Assembly: GCA_964388035.1 (NCBI GenBank)
Contig: CAYLZE010000001.1
Coordinates: forward strand, 95,325-147,833
Direction of reading: 5' to 3'
From: an uncultured archaeon
GTDB taxonomy: Archaea; Asgardarchaeota; Lokiarchaeia; Sigyniarchaeales; SOKP01
Length of the DNA: 52,509 bases
The position numbers and the translations under genes are program-made. This document shows, piece after piece, positions 51,497 to 52,509 of this stretch. Position 1 is the stretch's first letter, and each line of letters starts with the position of its first letter. The notes under the pieces are model-generated. The model searched no databases and had not been told where the DNA came from. It saw only the letters and a list, made by a program, of their open reading frames with translations.

Positions 51497-52465
51497 TTGG
51501 AATGGACCAGGATGATGAGAGGAGCAAGAACTATTTTGGATGATTGCGCTTCTCTAAAAAAGGGAGAGTCCGTATTAATTATTACGGATACTTTAACTTT
51601 AAACATTGCTCAAGTTTTGTTAGCAGCAGTGCAAGAACGGGATGCCGAACCCATTTTGGCCGTGATAAATCCTCGAGCGATGGATGGTCAAGAGCCCCCC
51701 TCGCCCCTCGCTGAAGCCATGAAATCTGCAGATGTAATTCTTTGTCCCGTCCAAAAATCCATCACGCATACTAATGCTGTGAAAAATGCCGCCGCCGCAG
51801 GAGCAAGAATTCTGGTCATGACTGCTTTTACAGAACGTTTAATGATCCATGGAGGAATTGAAGCAGATTTTAGGGCGCAAAAACCTATTTGTGAAAAATT
51901 AGCGAAATTATTCACAGAAGCGAAAATTTTAAAATTAACCACTCCGGCTGGTACGGAATTAACAATGAAAATTAATAATAGAAAAGGAAATGCCCTAATT
52001 GGCATGGTAAGTCCCGGCACCTTTTCTCCCATCCCAATCATAGAAGCCAATGTATCTCCTATAGAAGGTTCTTGTCAAGGTATAATGGTTGTAGATGCAA
52101 GTATACCTTATATCAATATCGGTTTGCTAAAAGAGCCGATTTATATTAAAGTGGAAAATGGATATATCGCTGAAATCAGCGGAGGATATCAAGCAAGAAT
52201 ATTAAAAGTTGATTTGGAATCAAAAAACGACAAGAATGTGTATAATATCGCAGAAGTCGGAGTAGGATTGAATCCAAAATGTCAAATGACGGGCATCATG
52301 CTTGATGATGAGGGCGTGCTTGGATCCTGCCACATCGGAATCGGAACCAATGTAACTCTGGGAGGAACCATAAAAGCACCGATCCATTATGATCTAGTAT
52401 TGTGGAAACCTACTCTTCAATTGGATGGAAAAATTCTCATTGAAAATGGTGAACTTAAATTTTAG
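51497..52465 (+). CDS. Aminopeptidase T / peptidase M29-like metallo-protein
   Basis: TPAGT.L, NIAEVGVGLNP, DEG..G.CHIGIG and HYD motifs; AGGAGGGG SD upstream of TTG. Confidence 0.85.
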   Translation: MEWTRMMRGARTILDDCASLKKGESVLIITDTLTLNIAQVLLAAVQERDAEPILAVINPRAMDGQEPPSPLAEAMKSADVILCPVQKSITHTNAVKNAAAAGARILVMTAFTERLMIHGGIEADFRAQKPICEKLAKLFTEAKILKLTTPAGTELTMKINNRKGNALIGMVSPGTFSPIPIIEANVSPIEGSCQGIMVVDASIPYINIGLLKEPIYIKVENGYIAEISGGYQARILKVDLESKNDKNVYNIAEVGVGLNPKCQMTGIMLDDEGVLGSCHIGIGTNVTLGGTIKAPIHYDLVLWKPTLQLDGKILIENGELKF

Positions 52466-52509
52466 AATAATTTTTCGAAATATTAGCAAATGGATCTATC
52501 ATTTTTTTT

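Overview
AT-rich, intron-free, densely coding prokaryotic DNA, most consistent with an Asgard archaeon (Lokiarchaeia/Promethearchaeia-like). This assignment is an inference from a Rab-like small GTPase without a prenylation tail, an Sds22-class LRR protein, archaeal-type antitoxins and expanded GPH-MFS and amidohydrolase paralogs. From left to right the window holds: a CPBP protease; two decayed type II toxin-antitoxin loci; an acid-sugar or sulfo-sugar catabolic cluster (split UxaA/SuyAB-like dehydratase, class I aldolase, IlvD/Edd dehydratase) followed by a complete ECF transporter with an unusual MASE1-like S component; a polyferredoxin; the LRR protein and a hidden, broken Cys-rich zinc-finger gene; a long heterotrophy block (three GPH and one other MFS permease, four amidohydrolase_2 paralogs, a Thr/Ser dehydratase, a FucI-like isomerase, a bacterial-type alanine racemase, a Gfo/Idh/MocA oxidoreductase, AMP- and ADP-forming acyl-CoA ligases, hydrolases); a block of orphan genes beside a Rab-like GTPase/TrmB-like gene pair; a 4-hydroxybutyryl-CoA dehydratase, a DUF362 protein, a methyltransferase and an M29-like peptidase. 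I saw no rRNA, tRNA, CRISPR array or transposase. All calls come from motif recognition by eye, with no database searches.
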